Shown here one piece after another: positions 46,652 through 55,724 of a stretch of 64,000 bases of DNA; positions within the stretch are counted from its first letter, which is position 1, and the number at the start of each line of letters is the position of its first letter. The position numbers were made by a program, and so were the translations under genes. Location of the stretch: positions 115,841-179,840 of the IMG/VR virus record IMGVR_UViG_3300041809_000571; one strand, 5' to 3'. This DNA comes from a virus. The notes beneath the pieces are model-generated. The model was not told the DNA's origin. It searched no databases and worked only from the letters and a program-made list of their open reading frames with translations.

Positions 46652-49600
46652 ATTTCCTCGGGTTTTTCAAGATGTACTGTGTCACTTCTGCCACGTCTTT
46701 CTCGTTACCATACAGGGGACGCTCCCCCCCGCCGGATTCGGGCATCTCCCCCATAAACTGGTTCATGAAGTCGTCGGGTTGATAAGGACCTCCATCCAAG
46801 CTCACCTCGGGGTTCGCCGGGTCCATGTCAAAATCCTTCGCCATGACCGCTGGTGACCGCTGACCCTTGATGTCATAGGTCTTTCCGTCCAGTGCCATGC
46901 AGTAAACATGGGTCATGTTCCAGTCCACCAAATTGCCGCTATCTTCAAGCTCTGCAATCTGTTCTGGACTCATCTCCCCGATATCGTGCCACGGGTCTCC
47001 CTCGGGGTCAGACATAAAGTACACAACACCTTGATTCAATCGAGCCAAGGCCACAGCAAATATGCCACACCCCTCAGTCATGTAATAGCCGGGGTCAAAC
47101 ACACTGGAATCATCGCCGTGTCCGGGCTGGAGGAGTCCAAGACCGGGCAAAGAGGCGGTGACGGGCAGTTGCAGGGCGTGCCATTGGTCTTTCATATCCC
47201 GCCACTTATCCAGCGTCAGTTGTACTCCATCCTTGAGCCGGATTTCCTCTTCATCATTGAAACTTCCGCTCATCGACAGCGCCAAGGTAGCAAACCAATC
47301 CACATCCTCGATTCTCACCTTGGCGTGGAAGACTCGATAGTTTCTGCTGGGGCTGCCATAAGGATAGGCTCCTACGTCATGTCCCGGTGTACCGGAGGAC
47401 ATCGACCAGTAGACCCCAAAGTCCTCTTGCTTTATGCCCGACCATGGCTTATCAGCAGGAAGAGAGACGGCCCGGTATACATCCAGAGGCCACTTCTGGG
47501 AAAGGAAAAACTTGTGAGAGGCGGCGAAGCGCTTCTGGGCCTCTTCTGGGGAAATTGTTAAGTCTTCTTCCTCATTGGTATCATCCACCCCGAACTCTAT
47601 CTTCAAACGGTTGGTAAAAGTGTCAGGTCCACCAAGCTCCTCAACGAACTGCCGGAAGGTGGGGATGCCTGTAGATGCAGCGGTCTTACCCCCCATCTCG
47701 GGGGGCAATGGCTTCCCCATTCTTCTAGCTATTTCAATAACCCTGTTTACCAGATTGACACATCTCGGACTTTCAATATACCACTTGGCCCCACCCTCGA
47801 ACAAGGCGGCATAGGTGTCAGCGATGACCTCTTCGGGGCGATGCTGTCCACCAAAAAAGTTGTCGAACGTAGTACGGGCATCCATCGGTGCATTGGGGGG
47901 TTTACCATCTTCCCTGAACGGGGCGAGAACATCCCTGAAATCACGGTTGAAATTCACCATTAAATCATGTCCTATTTCATGGTTGACCACCATCCTGCGG
48001 GAGTCCTCGTTACCCTCAAAGAAGGTATCACTGACACGGGTCAGACCCGGTCCCTGCCTACGGGCATCAAACGGCCTGCCGGGGACATACTCAAAGCCTG
48101 CTGGCGGATTGGCAATGAATTCCTCCTTGGTAAGCTGCCATGGTTCCTTGATTGGCTTATCCTCCGAGTCGGAAACCTTGTAAACATCTGCTGTTTTACT
48201 AACACTTTCCGCAGGCTTGACAACGTAGTTCTCCCCATATCTTGTGTTGAACTGGGCGAGGAAATCCGGGGGAATCTCCCCATAATGAACAATCAACTCC
48301 GTGGGAAGCCGCTTGCCCTCTACTTTCTCCAAGTGATACTTCTCTCTGACTTCAATCACAGCTAAGATACGATTGGACCCCCCGTAGCCTATAGGCATCT
48401 CAATGCGGGCATTATTGAAGTTGTAAACCGCATTAGGCTCCTTGGGGTTGGCATATCGCTTGAGGGCAATAGTGACCTTGGCGACGGCATCCCGGAACAT
48501 CCGTTCTCCCTCCTCGGGGGAGGGGAATAGTTTCCTGATTTCTTCCGCAGGGGGAATACTGGACTTCCCTGATTCCTCAGCGAAAGCCCTTTGGTAAGTT
48601 CTGGAAAGCTCCCAGTCCTGTTCCTTCTTAGCATGGTGAGCGGCGGAGCGAGCAAGGGCGGCGAAGAAACACTCGGGAAGAATTTCCAACAGTCGCTTTT
48701 GAACCTCGGGGTGAAAATCCCCGTTGAATTCATCGTTGTTGGTGCCGTAATACTTGAACCGTAGTCCCCGCAGGGCCTTGTAAATATACTTCTTTCTTTC
48801 ATCATCCACGTATTCTCCCCAACCCTTCGCCCTTTCAGGATAGGTGACAGCGAGGTAAGCGGGAAGAATATAGTAGGAGTTACCCATGTCGGAGATGCTG
48901 GGAAGAGCCTGTTGTAGATAGCCCGTGACACTATCCTCATCAAGATACATGGTGTTGGGCTGCAAATCCATACAGACAACGATGACTCCGTGCTCATTCC
49001 CTCGCTGCCGGGGAGAACTCATGGCGGTGGTGAGATTTTGAGTGACGTATACGCCGCCGTAGGATTCCCGGCTAGGGGAGTAGGCACCGGCATTGGGGTC
49101 ATCTCCCCAGTTGCGCTTCTTGGGGCGGGGATTAAGTCCCTCGGTCAAAATACTGCGGAGGTTACTGGGGCTGGACCCATGGTACCAGATGGACCGCTGG
49201 GCCGCAGCCTTGCCATAGCCGTAAGGCTTGACATTCCCCAGCCACTTATCAAACTCCTCAATGTCTGAGAAGGTTAGAAGGTCGTGGTCATCATCCTCAA
49301 TTTCATATACCGGGTAAGGCTTAGTCAAGGAGGCTAAAGCGGAACGAATGAGGGTGTAAGTCCGGGGAGTTGTGTGCCGACTCTGGAAAGTCACCCCGTT
49401 ATCAGTTATGATAACCCGGATGTTCCCTCGGTGCATTGCCTGCATACATGCCCGGATAGCTTCTTGCATATTCTGAGGCTCTTCCTTGTCGCAAAGTCCA
49501 TATGCCACAGCGTTCCGAGCATGGGTACTGCCTGCATTAGGGATAACCTTTCCCTTGGAGGTTATCCAAGAGCTTTCGGTGATGGGCGGCATTGCCTTGG

Positions 49601-52600
49601 AGGCTTCCTTTTCCAAAGAAGCATTTACGTTAGGACTGACCGGGTCGCAGATGGTGTTATCTGCCGCTTTGATTTGGTTGGGACTAAACACGGCGTAGGT
49701 GTCAGTCTTGCGTCCTTTCGCTTGATACGTGTCCACGGTGTTGTGAATGATGATACCATCATGCCCACCCGCCTTAGCCTCGGCTACTGTGGTATCCGTC
49801 CCGTGCCAGCTTGCTCCTCCTTTGTCCACCACGTAGGGATTCTTTATGGAGAGGTAAAACCCCTTGGTCCCCGGTTCGCATCCCTGATAGTCCCACGCCC
49901 GGTGGGGGTCGGCGTAGCTGGAAGCGGTGCTGTAGTCGGCAGCAAACCAGAAGGCCCGCTCCGGGTCTTCCTTGTGAAGGAACCGTTCAGTGGGTGTTTG
50001 AAATACCCCTTCTTCCTTGAGCCAGCGGGTGTCGGGGGAGCCATGATATACCAGCAGGGGCTTACCGTAGGGGTTCACTACCCTAGAGCCGTCGAACCAT
50101 TTCATGAATGCTTCACTGAACGTCCGGGTATCGGGCACATAGGTTCGATACTTGGGACGCCGGGCGGCGGTGATATGCTCATACTTGGGCTTTAACCAAC
50201 GTGAAGACCCACGGCGCTTCCAACCCGTGACATGCACCGGAGCATCGTGGTGGAGGGTAATCTCCTTCTCTTCCGGCTGGCCCCTAAGCGCCCACACGGT
50301 TTGTCCCCAATCCACGGCATCGAAAGTGACTTCTCCCCGGAAGATGTAGGTCTTGCGCCCCTTGTTGTATTCCTTGTACTCCTCCGCCTCGTCCGGGTCC
50401 CACACGCCAGCCCCGGCTGCTGTCTCATAGTCGGCGTTGTAGGGAACGGCAGCCGTCTCATCGTAAGTCCAGTAGATGCCAAAGCCCCGAGTATACGGAT
50501 AGCGGTTGTGCATTTTGACTGCCCGGTAAATGACCAGCGGCTCGGTCAGTGTATTGAGAAATGCCCGGATTTCCGCATACCGGACGGACTTGCTGGGGTA
50601 GACCCTGTGAAACTCCTCCACGGTGGGAAGCTGCGAAGGGTGACGCACGTGGTCAAAGATGGTCAAGGGTGCGGCGGTCTTGGTTGTAGCCTCCCACAGG
50701 GCCTTCATAGGATTGGGGAGACCCAACTCTTCCCGGTAATCATATTGACCAACGTGCGGTCCTCCCTCCACGTGAATGATGAAGTCCACCATCCGGCCTT
50801 CCACCTGCTGATATTTGTCCCAGAGTGGCTGGTCTCTCTCCACCATATCCCATGCAGGTGTGCCCTTGGGGAAGTCAATGACCACATCAATGTCAGACTT
50901 GGGCTTGAGTTCGTCACGGGCAGCGGAGCCAGCCAAGGAGATGCGTTGGCATTCGGGGTATATCTTGCGTATATCCGCTACCATCTCAGCGATAGTGGAT
51001 TGAGTCTCAGGTTTAAGCGGCTCGCCGCCCGGCTCCGTGCTCCACGCTTCCTTGGGAATAAGCAGGGCGTTCCTGCCCTTGTTGAACTCCTTGTTTAACT
51101 CCTTTGCCTCCTCCACACCGCCGTATTGCTCCCACCGCTCATACTCATTCATGCCCGTGAAGAGCCGATTCAAGGTGGTCCTTCCGCCCTGCACCAGCCA
51201 GCTTGACAAGTCGCTGCGGGGGTGAGAAAACTGCAAGACCTTATCGAGCGCCTGTAACTTGTCTTCATCACTCTTGGCAAGATACACCCCTTGCACAAGA
51301 TTCATCAGACGCCCCTCGGCTTGGTCGCTTATCCGCCAGCCGCCTTCCGGGGTATCAAAGTAGTCTGGTGCCCGTTCAAAATAATCCTCCGGGAATTTCT
51401 TGGATATGCCCTCTCTCTCCAGCATCTCCGAGGCATACTCCTCCGGTCCCATCGCACTGTGACCACAGAGGATGGAGTTGACGTAAATCTTTAGGCAGTT
51501 GTCAATGACGGTTTCCGCTATCTGATTGAGGCCCGCCGAGTCCCGGACAAACCCGGTCTTCATGTAGTCTTCCCAAATCTTGATGAGCCGGGCGGCAGGC
51601 ACGACATTCCACTGTTGACGATACCTCTTCTGGCGGACGTGTTGCATGTATTCGGTGATTACTTCTACGGCTACCACACTCTCCCGGTCGAAGAAAGCCT
51701 CTGCCGCATCATAGTAAGCATCATCACTGGCAGTTTTTTGAGAGGCATTCATGTTGCTATCGAAACTCTCAGTGTCAATGAACGAGAATTCTCCCAGACC
51801 GTAGCGATTCTTGATGTGTTCAACCACGTCATTGGGTGTATATCCCCCGGCATTCTTGACAAGGTGAACGAGCCTGTGGGTTCGGTCTACAATCGCCACT
51901 CCCCGCTCTATCCGGTCATAAGAAGGACCGGCAAACGGCAGGCTGAGTTCCTCTAACCACTGGGCATGACTCTTGTTCCCAATCTGTACGGTGGATTGAA
52001 TCTTTCCCTCATAACGAATCCACATGATGACCGTCTTCGGAACAGCGGCATCCTTAAACCCAAACCCGTCATCTTCATCATAAACTTCGGGAAGGTCCTC
52101 CTCCGTCAACTCCTTCACGTACCGGAAATCTTTTCCTTCAACTAACTGAGTGCGGGGGGTGATGAGGATAGCGCTGTAAGCCTTGTCGCCGCCGCTGGGG
52201 TCCATGGTGTACTGCACGTCATCACACAGATAGTCATCCTCGGTGGGGTATATCTCCACTACCCACGCCGTGGAGTTACGGCTGTAATCCTCGGTCAGCC
52301 GACTGAACCAGTAATCAGGGTCGCCCACGTGGACCGCCCGTAGATGCGGGTAGTCATTTGCGGAGCCTGCCAAGCCCACGGTGTCCAAGGTGTGTGTCTT
52401 AAGGACCGGCTGGCGTTCCCACACCACCCGCTCGAAGTTCCCCATCTCCTCCGCCAAGGAGACAAGCTCATGCTCGTATTCCAGCTTCTTCACTTCCTCA
52501 GTGTAGACCGGAGACAAGGCAGCGGTCAGAGGACGTTCACTGTGGGGATTCTGGACTTGGTCGTCCTCATAAAAGTCGTTGTGCCGGTCCGGGAATGGTT

Positions 52601-55600
52601 CATCATATGACCACCCCTGCTGACCGGAGATGCCAAGGTCATCTATCGCCTTGCCGGTAGGGACCGCCGCTTGCTTGGGAAGCGCTATGGTCTTGATGAG
52701 TTTAAGATTCTGCGGGGGGATATCCCAGAGATATTTCCATGCCGTAGGGTATTCGTGTCTAACCTCGAAGTCAGGCCAGAATGTTCCCTCTCCCTGCGGA
52801 ACCTTCACCTCCCAAATGTCACAAGCCTGTCCCGTGTAGGATTGCTGCTCACCTACCCAGTTCTCGGCATCAGAAAGACTACCAAATAGATATACCGCTG
52901 GCTCATGCTCCACATCCTCATATTGCTGCTTGTGGTACATCTGCAATCCATTCTTTAGAATGGAATTCCGGCTACGGCGGCGGCTGACATGGTAGGCAAT
53001 CTGAGGATACTCAAACTCATCGGCTGCCCACTTGCCCCGCAAGCGGGGAGCAACCTCATCTACAAACTCAAAGTCCCGGAGCGAGGGGTATTTCTGCTTT
53101 ATTTTAGCTACCACTTCTTCGGGAGTAAAGTCAAAGTCAGCCTCTCCTGTAATAGATTCACCCGCCCTTGAACCCTTGGGAGCGGCGTCAGTGTATAGAC
53201 GGACTCGCTTCTTTTTCTTGTTGACTTCCGCCCTTCCCCGAGGGACTTTATCAAACTCTGGCCCCCATGAAGGAATGGGGTCATGCCGCTGAGAGTGTTG
53301 ATTGAGTTCTTGAAACCATTTAACATGCCAGAGGCCCATGTCGTCGGTTAACAACACCTTGTTGTGCCATGTCGCCCACAGTAGCTCAAAATCATAAGGC
53401 TCGTAAGAGGCTACCTGTTTTATGGGAAGCGGGTAACGTTGTCGGAACTCTTCCACCCATCGGGTTACCCTCGGCCTGCATGATTCCATAGATTCTTGGT
53501 GCTCTGGGTTACCAAAGAACCCAGCATCATGCAGAGTATTCCCCCTACCGGTCAGGTCAAGAGATGTATCGTCTGGCAGGACAACAAACTGGTGCTCCCA
53601 ATTACCCCGAAGCTTTCCCCCAAATAAAGCTTGGGTAAAGAGAGAAGAGAATTTGCACGCCCCTTCAAGGTCATTAGGCTCGGAACGACCATACTCTTTG
53701 GCACGTTCCTTCCACTTTTCAATGAGAAAAGATTTAGCCTTATCCACCCATTCTGGCGTAGGGGGATATAGAGATTGAATATTCATGATAGAGGCTACGG
53801 CAATGCCCTTGCCTCGGAAGGGAAGCTTACCTTGCTCCTTGGGTGGTTTCCATTCAGGTTCTACCGGAGCATGGAACTGGTTATAGAACTCCAACAGGTC
53901 TTCATCAGCGTGAAGGTCCAGAACGTTCTGATACGTGCGGTCCAGCTTGATAGCCTCTTTAACCGGCATGACCGCAGACACCTTAGCCGCCTGCGGGTTC
54001 TCCACCCAGAACTCATTGCCGAACCCCCGGCTTACTTGATGGTAAGACTCCCTTGGTACCTCCGACATATCAATGACAGCGACATAGGCCCGGTCATTCT
54101 CGTAGTAGTCTGTCCAATTCTCTAAGTGGGAGGTGACCATCAACTTGCCCGGTACGGGTGTGCCGCCTCCCATGCTGGACATATCCCGAGGACCCTTTGC
54201 CGGGTCGATAGTGAAGTTGGGGTTATCGGTGACATGGAAGTACAATCCATGTTTGATGTCTATGGAGAAATCATGCTTGAAGTCCTCAAAAGTGGGAGCC
54301 TTGCGTGCTTCCGCTTTGAGACCGTTCAACAAAGGATGTGACCAGCGCTTGGGGGCTGTACCCTTTTTGGGGTCAATCGTACCCTTTTTGTGTACAGAAG
54401 AAGTTACCACAAGGTCGGAAGGGATGTTGTCAACGATGTTGAAATCTCGAAGCTGGGGGAAAGTCTGCAATACAGCTTCTACGAGGTATTCCGGGGCAAA
54501 GGTAAAATCGGCCCGACCTGTGATACCACCCCGCCCAGCCTCAGTAAAAAGTATGACCTCATCATCTTGCGGTTGAACCCAAACCCTTCCTCGGGGGATA
54601 CGGTCAAATTCCTTGCCAGAATCGGGAAGCCCAACCCGCTCAAACCACCTGACGTGAGGTTCAATCTCCAAAGAAAAAATTACCCGGTCATTCACAATAG
54701 CCCACAAAAAGCTCCGGGTACCATCCATGATGTCGGGGGCAAGACGTAGCTTTTTGGCAGCGGCCTTGTAAAGCTGCATCGGGCCTATGGCTCCCTTTAC
54801 CCGTGCCCCGTGTCCAATTGCCAAGCTCTCGGCAAGGCTGTCTCCTACTTCCTTACCCACTGACCGCTGATTGGCAAGCTGGTCAGTATCCGGCAGCAAG
54901 CGCCGGGCGGTGACATTGACAGCGTAAACGGTGATATCCTCTCCGGGGTAAGCCAACTCCCCAAAGTTCTTGGCGTTCCCCGGATACACAGACAAATACA
55001 CGTAACCGGGGCTGGTTTGATATGACTTGGCCCTGCCGGGACTGGTCGGGAGCAACCCCTCCTCCATCACGGGCAAGGAGGAGGCGGTACCGTGGTAAAG
55101 GGTGATGAAGCGGTTGGGGTCGGAGCGAAGGAAGCTGGCAAGGGCCTTTATGCGCTCTGGCGAGGGGTTCTGGTAGAACACGTCATGCCACTGGGGGTCG
55201 GAGGAGAAATCAGTTGCCTCTGCCCATGCAGCGGTCTTTATCTTTCCCGTAGCTATAGCGAAAGCCCGTTCCGCCATACGCTTGGCAAAAATCTCCTCGG
55301 GGTCAGAGAGATATTCCTCCTCGGTGGGAGGATGAGCGGGGTCGAACGGTTTAGATGGTCGGCCCTCTGCTGCCCAGATAGCGTGAGCGCCTTCCTCAAA
55401 CAAAGTTCTGACGATATCGGTAACGCTGATGGCGGGGTTGATGAATATCATCGAACCACCGTGGGAAAGCCCGTATCCTCCCTGCCACTTTAGGGGAGAA
55501 CCGCCCTCTAATTCCACCTCTTCCGGTTTATTGAAGGTCTTGATGGGGGTTTCAAGTACTTTCTCGTATATTTCCCTAAGTCGTTGATTCTTAAGTAAAG

Positions 55601-55709
55601 TACTGAGGTGACCTACAACCACTCCGGGAGCGTGGTTGTGTATCTTCTCAAGGAATCCCCGGTCAAGGTTATCCCAAACTCCCGCCGTCTTGTAGATAAG
55701 CTCTTCCAT
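46626..55709 (-). CDS. Giant polyvalent protein (3027 aa): 3 ART-like modules, minimal nucleotidyltransferase, HExxH metallopeptidase-like motif, and 3 copies of a novel repeat module
   Basis: TLYHGTASSLPVMEEGLLP, LVYHGSPDTRW, IWYHGSSPSNLRSILTEGLNP (PARP-like HGS ... ILxEGL); NTase motif LAGSAARDELKPKSDIDVVIDF; NHEIGHDL; repeats around GLPDSGKEFDRIPRG, PSWGPEFDKVPRG and AGPSYDRIERG. Confidence 0.85.
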   Translation of the reverse strand: MEELIYKTAGVWDNLDRGFLEKIHNHAPGVVVGHLSTLLKNQRLREIYEKVLETPIKTFNKPEEVELEGGSPLKWQGGYGLSHGGSMIFINPAISVTDIVRTLFEEGAHAIWAAEGRPSKPFDPAHPPTEEEYLSDPEEIFAKRMAERAFAIATGKIKTAAWAEATDFSSDPQWHDVFYQNPSPERIKALASFLRSDPNRFITLYHGTASSLPVMEEGLLPTSPGRAKSYQTSPGYVYLSVYPGNAKNFGELAYPGEDITVYAVNVTARRLLPDTDQLANQRSVGKEVGDSLAESLAIGHGARVKGAIGPMQLYKAAAKKLRLAPDIMDGTRSFLWAIVNDRVIFSLEIEPHVRWFERVGLPDSGKEFDRIPRGRVWVQPQDDEVILFTEAGRGGITGRADFTFAPEYLVEAVLQTFPQLRDFNIVDNIPSDLVVTSSVHKKGTIDPKKGTAPKRWSHPLLNGLKAEARKAPTFEDFKHDFSIDIKHGLYFHVTDNPNFTIDPAKGPRDMSSMGGGTPVPGKLMVTSHLENWTDYYENDRAYVAVIDMSEVPRESYHQVSRGFGNEFWVENPQAAKVSAVMPVKEAIKLDRTYQNVLDLHADEDLLEFYNQFHAPVEPEWKPPKEQGKLPFRGKGIAVASIMNIQSLYPPTPEWVDKAKSFLIEKWKERAKEYGRSEPNDLEGACKFSSLFTQALFGGKLRGNWEHQFVVLPDDTSLDLTGRGNTLHDAGFFGNPEHQESMESCRPRVTRWVEEFRQRYPLPIKQVASYEPYDFELLWATWHNKVLLTDDMGLWHVKWFQELNQHSQRHDPIPSWGPEFDKVPRGRAEVNKKKKRVRLYTDAAPKGSRAGESITGEADFDFTPEEVVAKIKQKYPSLRDFEFVDEVAPRLRGKWAADEFEYPQIAYHVSRRRSRNSILKNGLQMYHKQQYEDVEHEPAVYLFGSLSDAENWVGEQQSYTGQACDIWEVKVPQGEGTFWPDFEVRHEYPTAWKYLWDIPPQNLKLIKTIALPKQAAVPTGKAIDDLGISGQQGWSYDEPFPDRHNDFYEDDQVQNPHSERPLTAALSPVYTEEVKKLEYEHELVSLAEEMGNFERVVWERQPVLKTHTLDTVGLAGSANDYPHLRAVHVGDPDYWFSRLTEDYSRNSTAWVVEIYPTEDDYLCDDVQYTMDPSGGDKAYSAILITPRTQLVEGKDFRYVKELTEEDLPEVYDEDDGFGFKDAAVPKTVIMWIRYEGKIQSTVQIGNKSHAQWLEELSLPFAGPSYDRIERGVAIVDRTHRLVHLVKNAGGYTPNDVVEHIKNRYGLGEFSFIDTESFDSNMNASQKTASDDAYYDAAEAFFDRESVVAVEVITEYMQHVRQKRYRQQWNVVPAARLIKIWEDYMKTGFVRDSAGLNQIAETVIDNCLKIYVNSILCGHSAMGPEEYASEMLEREGISKKFPEDYFERAPDYFDTPEGGWRISDQAEGRLMNLVQGVYLAKSDEDKLQALDKVLQFSHPRSDLSSWLVQGGRTTLNRLFTGMNEYERWEQYGGVEEAKELNKEFNKGRNALLIPKEAWSTEPGGEPLKPETQSTIAEMVADIRKIYPECQRISLAGSAARDELKPKSDIDVVIDFPKGTPAWDMVERDQPLWDKYQQVEGRMVDFIIHVEGGPHVGQYDYREELGLPNPMKALWEATTKTAAPLTIFDHVRHPSQLPTVEEFHRVYPSKSVRYAEIRAFLNTLTEPLVIYRAVKMHNRYPYTRGFGIYWTYDETAAVPYNADYETAAGAGVWDPDEAEEYKEYNKGRKTYIFRGEVTFDAVDWGQTVWALRGQPEEKEITLHHDAPVHVTGWKRRGSSRWLKPKYEHITAARRPKYRTYVPDTRTFSEAFMKWFDGSRVVNPYGKPLLVYHGSPDTRWLKEEGVFQTPTERFLHKEDPERAFWFAADYSTASSYADPHRAWDYQGCEPGTKGFYLSIKNPYVVDKGGASWHGTDTTVAEAKAGGHDGIIIHNTVDTYQAKGRKTDTYAVFSPNQIKAADNTICDPVSPNVNASLEKEASKAMPPITESSWITSKGKVIPNAGSTHARNAVAYGLCDKEEPQNMQEAIRACMQAMHRGNIRVIITDNGVTFQSRHTTPRTYTLIRSALASLTKPYPVYEIEDDDHDLLTFSDIEEFDKWLGNVKPYGYGKAAAQRSIWYHGSSPSNLRSILTEGLNPRPKKRNWGDDPNAGAYSPSRESYGGVYVTQNLTTAMSSPRQRGNEHGVIVVCMDLQPNTMYLDEDSVTGYLQQALPSISDMGNSYYILPAYLAVTYPERAKGWGEYVDDERKKYIYKALRGLRFKYYGTNNDEFNGDFHPEVQKRLLEILPECFFAALARSAAHHAKKEQDWELSRTYQRAFAEESGKSSIPPAEEIRKLFPSPEEGERMFRDAVAKVTIALKRYANPKEPNAVYNFNNARIEMPIGYGGSNRILAVIEVREKYHLEKVEGKRLPTELIVHYGEIPPDFLAQFNTRYGENYVVKPAESVSKTADVYKVSDSEDKPIKEPWQLTKEEFIANPPAGFEYVPGRPFDARRQGPGLTRVSDTFFEGNEDSRRMVVNHEIGHDLMVNFNRDFRDVLAPFREDGKPPNAPMDARTTFDNFFGGQHRPEEVIADTYAALFEGGAKWYIESPRCVNLVNRVIEIARRMGKPLPPEMGGKTAASTGIPTFRQFVEELGGPDTFTNRLKIEFGVDDTNEEEDLTISPEEAQKRFAASHKFFLSQKWPLDVYRAVSLPADKPWSGIKQEDFGVYWSMSSGTPGHDVGAYPYGSPSRNYRVFHAKVRIEDVDWFATLALSMSGSFNDEEEIRLKDGVQLTLDKWRDMKDQWHALQLPVTASLPGLGLLQPGHGDDSSVFDPGYYMTEGCGIFAVALARLNQGVVYFMSDPEGDPWHDIGEMSPEQIAELEDSGNLVDWNMTHVYCMALDGKTYDIKGQRSPAVMAKDFDMDPANPEVSLDGGPYQPDDFMNQFMGEMPESGGGERPLYGNEKDVAEVTQYILKNPRKYGLTRKGH

Positions 55710-55724
55710 CTATAGAAGAATCAG

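Noticed and set aside
46908-51098. Plus-strand ORFs of 200-290 aa (46908..47561, 49374..50195, 50232..51098) and 55788..56438 inside the giant minus-strand genes
   Set aside because: Antisense shadow ORFs expected in high-GC long genes; no start signals, and the minus-strand frames carry clear domain motifs.
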